IMG/VR virus record: IMGVR_UViG_2716884767_000001
Span: 1 to 64,000 of that record
Direction: 5' to 3' (one strand)
DNA length: 64,000 nt
From: a virus
In this document: positions 1-6,884 of the stretch, in pieces
How positions within the stretch are numbered: position 1 is the first letter of the stretch
Layout of the letters: each line of letters starts with the position of its first letter
Position numbers and translations under genes: made by a program
Notes under the pieces: generated by a model
Seen by the model: only the letters and a program-made list of their open reading frames with translations
The model's database searches: none
What the model was told of the DNA's origin: nothing

Positions 1-15
1 CCCAGACCTATCCTT

Positions 16-109
16 ATTATAATACATATCTAATTGGAATCAAGTTAGAGTGTGCCACTAATATCACTGTCACACACGTGGTGATATTCGTGGTCAGTTA
101 CACTATAAT
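16..109. promoter_or_regulatory. Divergent early promoter pair sharing one 22-bp palindrome
   Basis: GTGCCACT-aatatc-ACTGTCAC at 52-73. TATAAT on + at 104-109 and on - at 21-16, each exactly 30 nt from the palindrome. Confidence 0.75.
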
Positions 110-187
110 GTGTACATGAGGTTCTTAATTAGACTTGGTAAACAAGTTAGCATAGAATCTCAAAAGTTCCTTATCCTTTTTTCCCTT

Positions 188-652
188 ATGCCAAATTGGT
201 GCAGAAACAGAGTTGATGTTTACTCAGAAAACAAAACTGACTTGCAGAAGGTGTTGGACATCTTTAATAATAAGGAATCCGTATTTGGTAAAGTCATTCC
301 CGAACCAAACTGGTCAAAGATTCCTTTTAAAGGAGAACTTCCCAAAGTTCGTGAAATGAAAGCACCGAACGGAAAGGTAGTTACAACAGTCACAGAATTT
401 TCTGATGGCACACAGGATACCAGATGGTATGACTGGAGACTACAAAATTGGGACACGAAGTGGGATGTCGCGGGCAGTGTTGAAGTTGAGGAGGAAAGAT
501 GGAAAGATGAGTTGGAATCTTTCACAGCAAACTTCACAACAGCATGGTCTCCACCCGAAGGAATCTGCATGCGATTGCGTCAACTGTTTCCGAATGTTAG
601 CATCTCATGGTTCTATGATGAGCCAGGATGCCAAGTAGCGGGATACCTATAG
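188..652 (+). CDS. DUF1281/YubB-like ferredoxin-fold early protein (154 aa)
   Basis: Motifs MPNWC.N, W...NW.TKW, F.TAWSPP and Y.EPG. Start moved from 110 to ATG 188 because the family begins MPNWC and 110 abuts the -10 box. Confidence 0.8.
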   Translation: MPNWCRNRVDVYSENKTDLQKVLDIFNNKESVFGKVIPEPNWSKIPFKGELPKVREMKAPNGKVVTTVTEFSDGTQDTRWYDWRLQNWDTKWDVAGSVEVEEERWKDELESFTANFTTAWSPPEGICMRLRQLFPNVSISWFYDEPGCQVAGYL

Positions 653-735
653 GACAGTTTAATTAGTGTCACAACACCCCCTTCACAGAGGGTTTTTTAT
701 TGCTATTATAAGTACATAAGCAAATTTCCCACACT
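651..735 (+). promoter_or_regulatory. Early promoter cassette (palindrome, hairpin/T-tract, -10, leader)
   Basis: AGGACAGT-ttaatt-AGTGTCAC at 651-672; CCCT..AGGG followed by a T-run; TATTAT at 704-709; leader GTACATAAGCAAATTTCCC. Confidence 0.75.
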
Positions 736-1014
736 ATGCCGAAACCAGAAATTCATTATTCAGTTGCATTCGGAATGGGGTTCTACATCGCAGAAGATGG
801 AACTCTCATGAGTATGCCAGCAGTTACAGATGCAGATGGTCGCACCACTATGGACATTGGCAATGAAATTGCCGTTGATGAATGGGATGACCCCAGTGTT
901 TATTCCCCATCACATATGATGGTGCTTGCACAGATTATGCAGATTTGCACTCTCAAACGTGACTATGTTAACATCGGTTATTATGCCGAAAGATTCGGGA
1001 GGGCAGCAGCATGA
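736..1014 (+). CDS. Hypothetical early protein (92 aa)
   Basis: ORF directly after a promoter cassette. Confidence 0.75.
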   Translation: MPKPEIHYSVAFGMGFYIAEDGTLMSMPAVTDADGRTTMDIGNEIAVDEWDDPSVYSPSHMMVLAQIMQICTLKRDYVNIGYYAERFGRAAA

Positions 1015-1139
1015 ATGAGAATACCTACGAAGAAATTCTCAAACTTTATAACGAAGGGGACTTTAACCTCTTCGACTTAAAGTCAGATCTCTATTACCAA
1101 CTCTTTTACTCTTATAAGGATGATTACTATGAAACCTAA
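1011..1139 (+). CDS. Small acidic hypothetical protein (42 aa, MNENTYEEIL...)
   Basis: Translated by hand; ATGA overlap with the upstream stop; fills the gap. Confidence 0.6.
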   Translation: MNENTYEEILKLYNEGDFNLFDLKSDLYYQLFYSYKDDYYET

Positions 1140-1329
1140 CGGCATTAACATTGAACTCACACCGAAACAGTATGACTACCTATATGAAGTATTAATGGAA
1201 GCATACTCAAACGATGTTGCAGAGCAAAAGGAATGGGACGTGCAGACATTCGACAATCTAATTGATAATGTCTGTAATGGAAAGTCTACCATACTTTCAA
1301 ACGATGTCAAAGGTATTATGCCAGTTTAA
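1120..1329 (+). CDS. Hypothetical early protein (start 1120 or 1129)
   Basis: ORF track; stop lies inside the next palindrome. Confidence 0.7.
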   Translation: MITMKPNGINIELTPKQYDYLYEVLMEAYSNDVAEQKEWDVQTFDNLIDNVCNGKSTILSNDVKGIMPV

Positions 1330-1409
1330 TTACTGGCACATACTGACTTCACAAAACGTTTACCTATCGTTTATAATAGGTACATAAGCAATTTAATCCC
1401 TTTCCCTAC
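1318..1409 (+). promoter_or_regulatory. Early promoter cassette
   Basis: ATGCCAGT-ttaatt-ACTGGCAC at 1318-1339; TATAAT at 1372-1377; leader GTACATAAGCAATTTAATCCCTTTCCCTAC-ATG. Confidence 0.8.
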
Positions 1410-1766
1410 ATGAGACAAATTGAACAGCAAATGAACTCTGCAATCCGTAACAAGCAGAACTTTACCAAGTCTAACACTATGGTGCGTTATGACAAAGCAG
1501 AGAATTTGAGCTCAGTCTACTTACATGGTCATCGTATTGCCGACTACTGCCACACTAAGGGCAAAGCATGGATCAGTTCATGCGGGTGGGAGACAGTTAC
1601 AACGAAGTCCAGACTTAATGCGTTTCTTTATGAGGTCGCATACGGTGTATCCGTATTTCAAAAGAACTGGCAGTGGTTCCTACATGACAACCGCACCACG
1701 GCAACAATCGACTTCTATGATAATATGGTAGTCTTCAGCAAACCTCTTACACTCTCAGCAGTGTAA
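1410..1766 (+). CDS. Conserved cyanophage early hypothetical protein (118 aa)
   Basis: Motifs MRQIEQQM..AI, VYLHGH.IA, GW.T.TTKSRLNA and VFQKNW.W, recognised as typical of marine phage early genes. Confidence 0.8.
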   Translation: MRQIEQQMNSAIRNKQNFTKSNTMVRYDKAENLSSVYLHGHRIADYCHTKGKAWISSCGWETVTTKSRLNAFLYEVAYGVSVFQKNWQWFLHDNRTTATIDFYDNMVVFSKPLTLSAV

Positions 1767-1767
1767 G

Positions 1768-1887
1768 ATGGAGCTATTCGTTCTTATCGGTGGTTGCTAT
1801 GCTCTTTATACTGTAGGCATGGCAATTGCAGCTCAGCTTGATTATCAGGCAGTCAATCGTGACCAGTCAAAAAATCGTCACAAGTAA
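1768..1887 (+). CDS. Small single-pass membrane protein (39 aa, MELFVLIGGCYALYTVGMAIA...)
   Basis: Translated by hand; hydrophobic N-terminus; starts 1 nt after the previous stop. Confidence 0.6.
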   Translation: MELFVLIGGCYALYTVGMAIAAQLDYQAVNRDQSKNRHK

Positions 1888-1949
1888 ACCCCCATTTTAT
1901 ATGTGGTGCGTTTATAATAACAGTATAAGCAATTTATTCTCTCTCTTTT
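1860..1949 (+). promoter_or_regulatory. Early promoter cassette (degenerate palindrome)
   Basis: TGACCAGT-caaaaa-ATCGTCAC at 1860-1881; TATAAT at 1913-1918; leader AACAGTATAAGCAATTTATTC. Confidence 0.7.
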
Positions 1950-2171
1950 ATGACTGATACTTACAACGGATGGGCAGACTGGACTACATGGAACTGTGCC
2001 TTGTGGATTCAAAACGAAGAGACAATTTACAATCTTGCGAAGGCATGCACCGACTACATGGAATTTCTATTTGAAATGCAAGTAATGTGCGGTTTCTTTG
2101 CAACACCAGACGGGGCAGACTATGGAGAGGCACACGTCGGAGAGATGAACGAACTCATAAAAAGTTTGTAA
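1950..2171 (+). CDS. Conserved phage hypothetical protein (YNGW..W.TWN.ALW family)
   Basis: YNGWADWTTWNCALWIQNE...TPDG motif. Confidence 0.8.
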   Translation: MTDTYNGWADWTTWNCALWIQNEETIYNLAKACTDYMEFLFEMQVMCGFFATPDGADYGEAHVGEMNELIKSL

Positions 2172-2249
2172 ATTAATATTACATATACCCCATTCGTGAT
2201 GGGTGGGGTACTATAATAACAGTATAAGCAATTTATTCCCTTTCCCTAC
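2167..2249 (+). promoter_or_regulatory. Early promoter cassette with variant palindrome and strong stem-loop
   Basis: TGTAA-N7-TTACA at 2167-2183; stem TACCCCATTC/GGGTGGGGTA at 2186-2210; TATAAT at 2212-2217; leader nearly identical to those of the 1410 and 1950 genes. Confidence 0.7.
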
Positions 2250-2495
2250 ATGACAAAAACAGACAGAGTAATTAAGAGAATCCTTGAAGTCGAGAACTTT
2301 CAAAACATGGCATGCGTATGTGATGACTTCGCAGACTTCGTAACAGAGATTATGGAGTGGGGTGTGGATCACATCGCAGGAGTTGACTTCTTTGATTCGT
2401 ATAAGTCATTCAGAGATTTCACTTTCAATCCTGAGTTAGACATCGACAAACTAGATGCGTTCATCGTATCAGAAAACGGATACATCAGGGGGTAG
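2250..2495 (+). CDS. Hypothetical early protein (81 aa)
   Basis: ORF follows a promoter cassette. Confidence 0.75.
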   Translation: MTKTDRVIKRILEVENFQNMACVCDDFADFVTEIMEWGVDHIAGVDFFDSYKSFRDFTFNPELDIDKLDAFIVSENGYIRG

Positions 2496-2498
2496 AAA

Positions 2499-2666
2499 AT
2501 GAAGAGATATACATCACCCGTTGACGGTTGCCAATTCGACTACTACGTAGAGAACGGCAACCTATCCTATAAGATCGATGGACTCGACTGGCAGGATTTC
2601 GTGATTGAAGACAAAAGAGCATATGCGGATTATGAGTATAAGGAGTTTATGTCCTTATTGCGTTAA
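2499..2666 (+). CDS. Hypothetical protein (55 aa, MKRYTSPVDGCQFDY...)
   Basis: Translated by hand; purine-rich AGGGGG upstream. Confidence 0.65.
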   Translation: MKRYTSPVDGCQFDYYVENGNLSYKIDGLDWQDFVIEDKRAYADYEYKEFMSLLR

Positions 2667-2693
2667 GTCCATTCGTTCGTGATTGCAGCAGTT

Positions 2694-2844
2694 GGGGGGG
2701 GTTGATGCCCCCCGTATATAAAAACGGCATGGGAACCTAGTCTACAAAGTGTTACGAAAGGCAGATATAAATTCCACGTCTTAAAAAAAATTTTCGCATA
2801 TATAAAAACGACCACTAGGTTTTCATGAAATGAAAAAAAATTTT
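2694..2844. repeat. Structured intergenic element (G8/C6 hairpin, direct and inverted repeats, A-tracts)
   Basis: G8 at 2694-2701 and C6 at 2708-2713; TATATAAAAACG at 2715 and 2799; AACCTAGT at 2734 with ACTAGGTT at 2814; A8T4 at 2783 and 2833. Confidence 0.7.
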
Positions 2845-3003
2845 GACGAAATTTATTCCACTGTAGAGATCGATCCAGTAACAGACAGATATCATATGAC
2901 AATTCCAGAAGAAGTTGTAAATGAACTTGACTGGTACGAGGATATTGTGCTAAAATGGAATCTAGATGTAGACGGAATTTACCTCACCTTAAAAGATGAC
3001 TAA
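2830..3003 (+). CDS. AbrB/MazE-like swapped-hairpin DNA-binding protein (57 aa)
   Basis: Translated by hand: MKKNFDEIYSTVEIDPVTDRYHMTIPEEVVNELDWYEDIVLKWNLDVDGIYL. The TIP...L.W pattern is AbrB-like. Confidence 0.6.
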   Translation: MKKNFDEIYSTVEIDPVTDRYHMTIPEEVVNELDWYEDIVLKWNLDVDGIYLTLKDD

Positions 3004-3187
3004 TACTCAAACAAAATTTTATCATATTTACCTCAATGATAAATGCCTGTTTAAGAACCTATCACTTGAAGAATTTTCATTAATATGGGAGAAGTTATAT
3101 ACATCATACTGGAGAGAAGAAATTACATATACAGAAGTCTCTGATATGAGTGCGGAAGACTCTACAATCTATGAATCTTCTTATTGA
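2996..3187 (+). CDS. Conserved cyanophage hypothetical protein (63 aa)
   Basis: ORF track; YHIY...CLFKNL..EEF...W motif. Confidence 0.75.
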   Translation: MTNTQTKFYHIYLNDKCLFKNLSLEEFSLIWEKLYTSYWREEITYTEVSDMSAEDSTIYESSY

Positions 3188-3212
3188 CAAAACCTTCTAT
3201 ATAAGTTAGAAT
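3184..3212 (+). promoter_or_regulatory. Sigma70-like promoter
   Basis: TTGACA-17 nt-TAGAAT, 20 nt upstream of ATG 3233. Confidence 0.75.
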
Positions 3213-3232
3213 TGAATTGATCGCAATCTATT

Positions 3233-4015
3233 ATGGCAAAAGGATTTACAGTAAAAGCTAAGACACCCACAAAACCAAAAGCACCAGAGTGGGACTATGA
3301 AAGAGCAAAAGAATTAATTAAAGGTAAAAGAATTGTTTTCTGTTTACCAGGTCGAGGAGTATCATATCAATACTTAAAGGCATTCGTACAATTATGTTTT
3401 GATATTGTACAGTGTGGTGGAAGTATACAGATATCACAGGATTATTCATCAATGGTCAACTTTGCCCGTTGTAAGTGTTTAGGTGCAAACGTACTGAGAG
3501 GACCAAATCAAGTTCCATGGGATGGAAAGTTAGAGTATGACTATCAACTTTGGATTGACTCTGACATTGTTTTTAATTCAGAGAAGTTCTTTCAGTTAAT
3601 TCTTGATGCCAATCCAGAAGGAGAAGGAGCAAAAGAGAAGCACATTGTTGCAGGATGGTATTGTACCGAAGATGGTAGAACAACCTCGGTGGCACATTGG
3701 TTGGAAGAAGATGATTTTCGAAGCAATGGTGGTGTGATGAATCACGAAACAATCGAAAGCATATCAAAACGCAAGAAACCTTTCACCGTAGACTATACAG
3801 GTTTCGGATGGTTACTTATAAGAAAGGGTGTATTCGAACACGAAGGACTACCATATCCATGGTTTGCTCCAAAGATGCAGGTCTTTGAGTCGGGTGAAGT
3901 ACAGGACATGTGCGGCGAGGATGTCTCGTTTTGTCTCGATGCAAAGGAAGCAGGATTTGAAATCTGGTGTGACCCACGAATTCGTGTCGGACATGAAAAG
4001 ACAAGAGTTATATAG
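3233..4015 (+). CDS. GT-A-fold glycosyltransferase-like protein
   Basis: DxD motif (LWIDSDIVF), GFGWLLIRKGVFE, GEDVSFC and C-terminal GH; all GT2-like hallmarks. Confidence 0.75.
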   Translation: MAKGFTVKAKTPTKPKAPEWDYERAKELIKGKRIVFCLPGRGVSYQYLKAFVQLCFDIVQCGGSIQISQDYSSMVNFARCKCLGANVLRGPNQVPWDGKLEYDYQLWIDSDIVFNSEKFFQLILDANPEGEGAKEKHIVAGWYCTEDGRTTSVAHWLEEDDFRSNGGVMNHETIESISKRKKPFTVDYTGFGWLLIRKGVFEHEGLPYPWFAPKMQVFESGEVQDMCGEDVSFCLDAKEAGFEIWCDPRIRVGHEKTRVI

Positions 4016-4166
4016 AGTTCGTCGAGGACAGGAGATTCTGGGAAAGAATCTCACAGAGGAAGAGTACTTTGATTTAATGGAAGATCTGGCACAACAGTTT
4101 TATGATGGTGATCTTCCGAACCCTCTCGATCTTACAACTGAGATTCAGAATAAATACGAAGAGTAG
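3993..4166 (+). CDS. Conserved cyanophage hypothetical protein (57 aa, MKRQELYRV...)
   Basis: 3' part of track ORF 3828-4166; ATG 3993 avoids a long overlap. Confidence 0.65.
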   Translation: MKRQELYRVRRGQEILGKNLTEEEYFDLMEDLAQQFYDGDLPNPLDLTTEIQNKYEE

Positions 4167-4180
4167 GAGAATAATTAAAA

Positions 4181-4705
4181 ATGTCAACATTAAAAGCAGA
4201 CTCGATTAAACATGCAAGTAGCAGTTCAAATAATATTGTTTTAAATTCGAATGGAACAATTACAGCTACTAATACTAATGCTCCTGCACCTGCAAGTGCT
4301 ACTGGTGCAGGATCAGGTAATCATAGTACCACATCTTTTGCTGATTTTGTAACCGTTACTATCACTCCCAATCAAAGCACTTCTCATATGCTGATTCTTA
4401 CTACAGGCACAGTAGGTGGTGAAGAGGGTAATACTAATAATAATGCTGGAAGTGGGACAGTCCAACTTGTAAGATCTAGTACACAATTAGGAGACCAGAT
4501 TACTACACCTAATAGAGGTAATATGCGTTTTGATCAAGCAATTCTTGATACGAATAATCATGGTGGTAGTGCTGTTACTTATAAATTACAATTGAGAAAA
4601 GGTGGAGGAAACCAAGCACATTGCTACATAGGTGCTCAAAGATCTACAAATGGTTCATCTGCTCAAGGAAGTGCTAGAATTACAGTATTAGAAATACTTC
4701 AATAA
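4181..4705 (+). CDS. Small fibre/receptor-binding-like virion protein (174 aa)
   Basis: MSTLK.. N-terminus, VTITP..S.S..LI core and ITVLEI C-terminus; late-promoter ATAAATA at 4150; SD AGGAG. Confidence 0.6.
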   Translation: MSTLKADSIKHASSSSNNIVLNSNGTITATNTNAPAPASATGAGSGNHSTTSFADFVTVTITPNQSTSHMLILTTGTVGGEEGNTNNNAGSGTVQLVRSSTQLGDQITTPNRGNMRFDQAILDTNNHGGSAVTYKLQLRKGGGNQAHCYIGAQRSTNGSSAQGSARITVLEILQ

Positions 4706-4713
4706 ATATTGAC

Positions 4714-5097
4714 ATGAAATATACAATACTAGAGGCATTAAAAGAATTGAAACCAGGTTCATTACATTCTATTCGTGGAGACGTTAACGGTCAATTGACT
4801 TACTCTGGAATTGACTGGTTAGATGAAAACCAAACAAAACCGACAGAGGCAGAGATTAATACAAAAATTGCAGAACTTGATGCTGCCGAGCCAATGAAAT
4901 TACTAAGAGAGGAAAGAAACTCACTTTTAAAAGAAACTGACTGGACACAGAATGATGATGTGCCAACTGAAACGCAGACAAAATGGCAGACATATCGACA
5001 GCAACTTCGTGATTTACCTGCAAGTGCATCACCAAAATTAGATTCAAATTATAATTTAGATTTAACTTCAGTCACTTGGCCAACAGAACCCACATAA
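4714..5097 (+). CDS. Phage tail (fibre) assembly chaperone
   Basis: LR.ERN.LL.ETDWTQ..D.P....W..YRQ.LRDLP...WP..P signature; ATAAATA at 4702. Confidence 0.85.
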   Translation: MKYTILEALKELKPGSLHSIRGDVNGQLTYSGIDWLDENQTKPTEAEINTKIAELDAAEPMKLLREERNSLLKETDWTQNDDVPTETQTKWQTYRQQLRDLPASASPKLDSNYNLDLTSVTWPTEPT

Positions 5098-5099
5098 CA

Positions 5100-5128
5100 T
5101 TGACTACTTCTCAATTATTTGCTATTAT
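5100..5128 (+). promoter_or_regulatory. Sigma70-like promoter for the 2OG oxygenase
   Basis: TTGACT-17 nt-TATTAT with an extended TGn. Confidence 0.7.
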
Positions 5129-5140
5129 ATAAAAAACTAT

Positions 5141-5716
5141 ATGGGTATGGAAGATTTCATTTGTACATATGATAATATATTAGACGAAGACTTAATAGAT
5201 CAATTAAAATCTATTATTGATCATAATATTAACTATATTGCTAATTCTGCTTATTTCAGACAAGATAAACAATTAACCATGGAACCCTTTTTCCCTGATT
5301 TAGCAATGATTATAAACGATAAATTAATCAAAAATTGTTTAGTTCATTATCTGAACAAGTATCCTTGTCTAACTAAACTTTCAAATTGGACAAGTTCTTG
5401 CACAATAATACAAAAAACTTGTCCTTCAGAGGGATATCATGACTGGCACTCTGAAAATATAACTTATAATAATAATACCAGAGCAGTTGCATGGATGATA
5501 TATCTCAATGATGTTGAAGAGGGAGGAGAAACAGAATTTTTATATCAAAGAAAAAGAATGAAACCAACTAAGAATAGAGCATTATTTTGGCCAGGTTCTT
5601 GGACTCATCAACATAGAGGTAATCCACCATTAAGTGGAGATAAGTATATATTGACAGGTTGGTTCACTCCATCATCAGGGATGTATACGATGTCTATCGA
5701 TAACATTTCAACATAA
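5141..5716 (+). CDS. 2OG-Fe(II) oxygenase
   Basis: GYHDWHSE (HxE), MIYLNDVEEGGETEF and HRGNPPLSGDKYILTGW. Confidence 0.92.
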   Translation: MGMEDFICTYDNILDEDLIDQLKSIIDHNINYIANSAYFRQDKQLTMEPFFPDLAMIINDKLIKNCLVHYLNKYPCLTKLSNWTSSCTIIQKTCPSEGYHDWHSENITYNNNTRAVAWMIYLNDVEEGGETEFLYQRKRMKPTKNRALFWPGSWTHQHRGNPPLSGDKYILTGWFTPSSGMYTMSIDNIST

Positions 5717-5729
5717 TTTTAATTTTACA

Positions 5730-6440
5730 ATGTCTACACTAATTACAAATTTACCCTCCTATGAGGTTTGGGTCAGAAAAGAATATTTGACCGACCATAA
5801 GAGTGGTCATGGTGAATTTGTAAAGGGAGTTTGGGTATCGGCAAAGAGTATACCTGGTCGTGCCTTTTATTTTGAAACTTATCTACCTGACTATGCAGCA
5901 ATGTTTGATAAGTTACCAATCTCTGCGTTTCTCTCGTCTCCAGAAATACCTGATCCTGACATGACTCTTCATAATCTACAGTTTTGGAACTGTATGGACT
6001 ATGGTGTAGTTGCCGTTCAGAAGCAGTTTATCGGAAGTATGCACTATGAAGTCTATACAAGAGACTATGGTAATCAGACAGGCACGTACATATGTACTCT
6101 TGACAACTATCACTCTGATGTTGATGCGATTGATTACTCAACTAGTGAACAACCTGCCGAACATAAGTCTCATAACCTTCTTGAACTTGATAATGGGCAG
6201 TTTTGTCTCTATCCAAACAACAGAATGAGAATCTATGACAACAGTATCACTCCTGAGACACCTAAGATTCCTGATTTTAAGGTATCAACCGTGTACTATC
6301 AGGTGGAGAATGGTCATGATCGTGACGGATTAGGTTCAGAAGAGAATTATTTCTGGAAAACTGCCAAAGAAAGGTCTGTTGACATGAATGTTGGGGCAGG
6401 AAATACTGCAATTGAGAATACTGAACCAGAATTAGGATAA
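5730..6440 (+). CDS. Conserved T4-like cyanophage hypothetical protein (236 aa)
   Basis: VWVRKEYL, S.PGRA.YF, QFWNC, HKS and GQF..YPNNR motifs; typical position before gp25. Confidence 0.85.
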   Translation: MSTLITNLPSYEVWVRKEYLTDHKSGHGEFVKGVWVSAKSIPGRAFYFETYLPDYAAMFDKLPISAFLSSPEIPDPDMTLHNLQFWNCMDYGVVAVQKQFIGSMHYEVYTRDYGNQTGTYICTLDNYHSDVDAIDYSTSEQPAEHKSHNLLELDNGQFCLYPNNRMRIYDNSITPETPKIPDFKVSTVYYQVENGHDRDGLGSEENYFWKTAKERSVDMNVGAGNTAIENTEPELG

Positions 6441-6457
6441 TTTTCTTAAAAAAACGG

Positions 6458-6465
6458 TATAAATA
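6458..6465 (+). promoter_or_regulatory. T4-type late promoter TATAAATA (representative)
   Basis: Further TATAAATA, ATAAATA or CTAAATA copies upstream of genes at 21415, 30556, 35918, 39877, 42703, 44391, 45516, 48220, 48360, 49837, 55497 and 58150; gp55 sigma is in the window. Confidence 0.85.
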
Positions 6466-6482
6466 AATATAAAACTTGGTTC

Positions 6483-6884
6483 ATGGCAATCAAAAGGGTA
6501 TCAAGAGCGTTTAAAGACATTAGTTTATCGTTTTCACCCCATCCAGTCACTAAAGATTTACCAATTCTCAAGAATGAGAGTGCAATTCGTCGATCTGTGC
6601 GTAATATTGTCGAAACAATACCGTCTGAAAAGTTTTTTAACCCTGATTTTGGGTCAGATGTGTACCGAAGTCTCTTTGATTTTGTTGATTTTGGTACAGC
6701 AAACGAAATTCAGGAGCAAATTAAGACTTCAGTCGAAAATTTTGAACCAAGAGTTGATAATGTAAGGGTTGAAGTTGACCCATTTCCTGATTTAAATCAG
6801 TTTGAAGTCACTGTAATTTATGATATCGTCGGTCAAGAGTTCCCAACTCAAGAATATTCATTTATATTAGAGGCAACAAGGTAA
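6483..6884 (+). CDS. gp25: Baseplate wedge subunit gp25
   Basis: FKDISLSF..HPVT.D, AIRRSVRNIV.T...E..F.P.FGS and FEPRV. Confidence 0.93.
   Translation: MAIKRVSRAFKDISLSFSPHPVTKDLPILKNESAIRRSVRNIVETIPSEKFFNPDFGSDVYRSLFDFVDFGTANEIQEQIKTSVENFEPRVDNVRVEVDPFPDLNQFEVTVIYDIVGQEFPTQEYSFILEATR

Noticed and set aside
110-187. Track start codons at 110, 3828, 53494, 58165 and 60062
   Set aside because: Downstream ATGs (188, 3993, 53509, 58177, 60110) fit promoters, overlaps and family N-termini better.
2168-2182. Canonical NtcA box
   Set aside because: Spacing is GTA-N9-TAC rather than N8; kept only as a low-interest variant.
52-2252. Spaced repeats as a CRISPR array or integron attC sites
   Set aside because: The repeats are degenerate, contain -10 boxes and are separated by whole genes; no cas gene or integrase is in the window.
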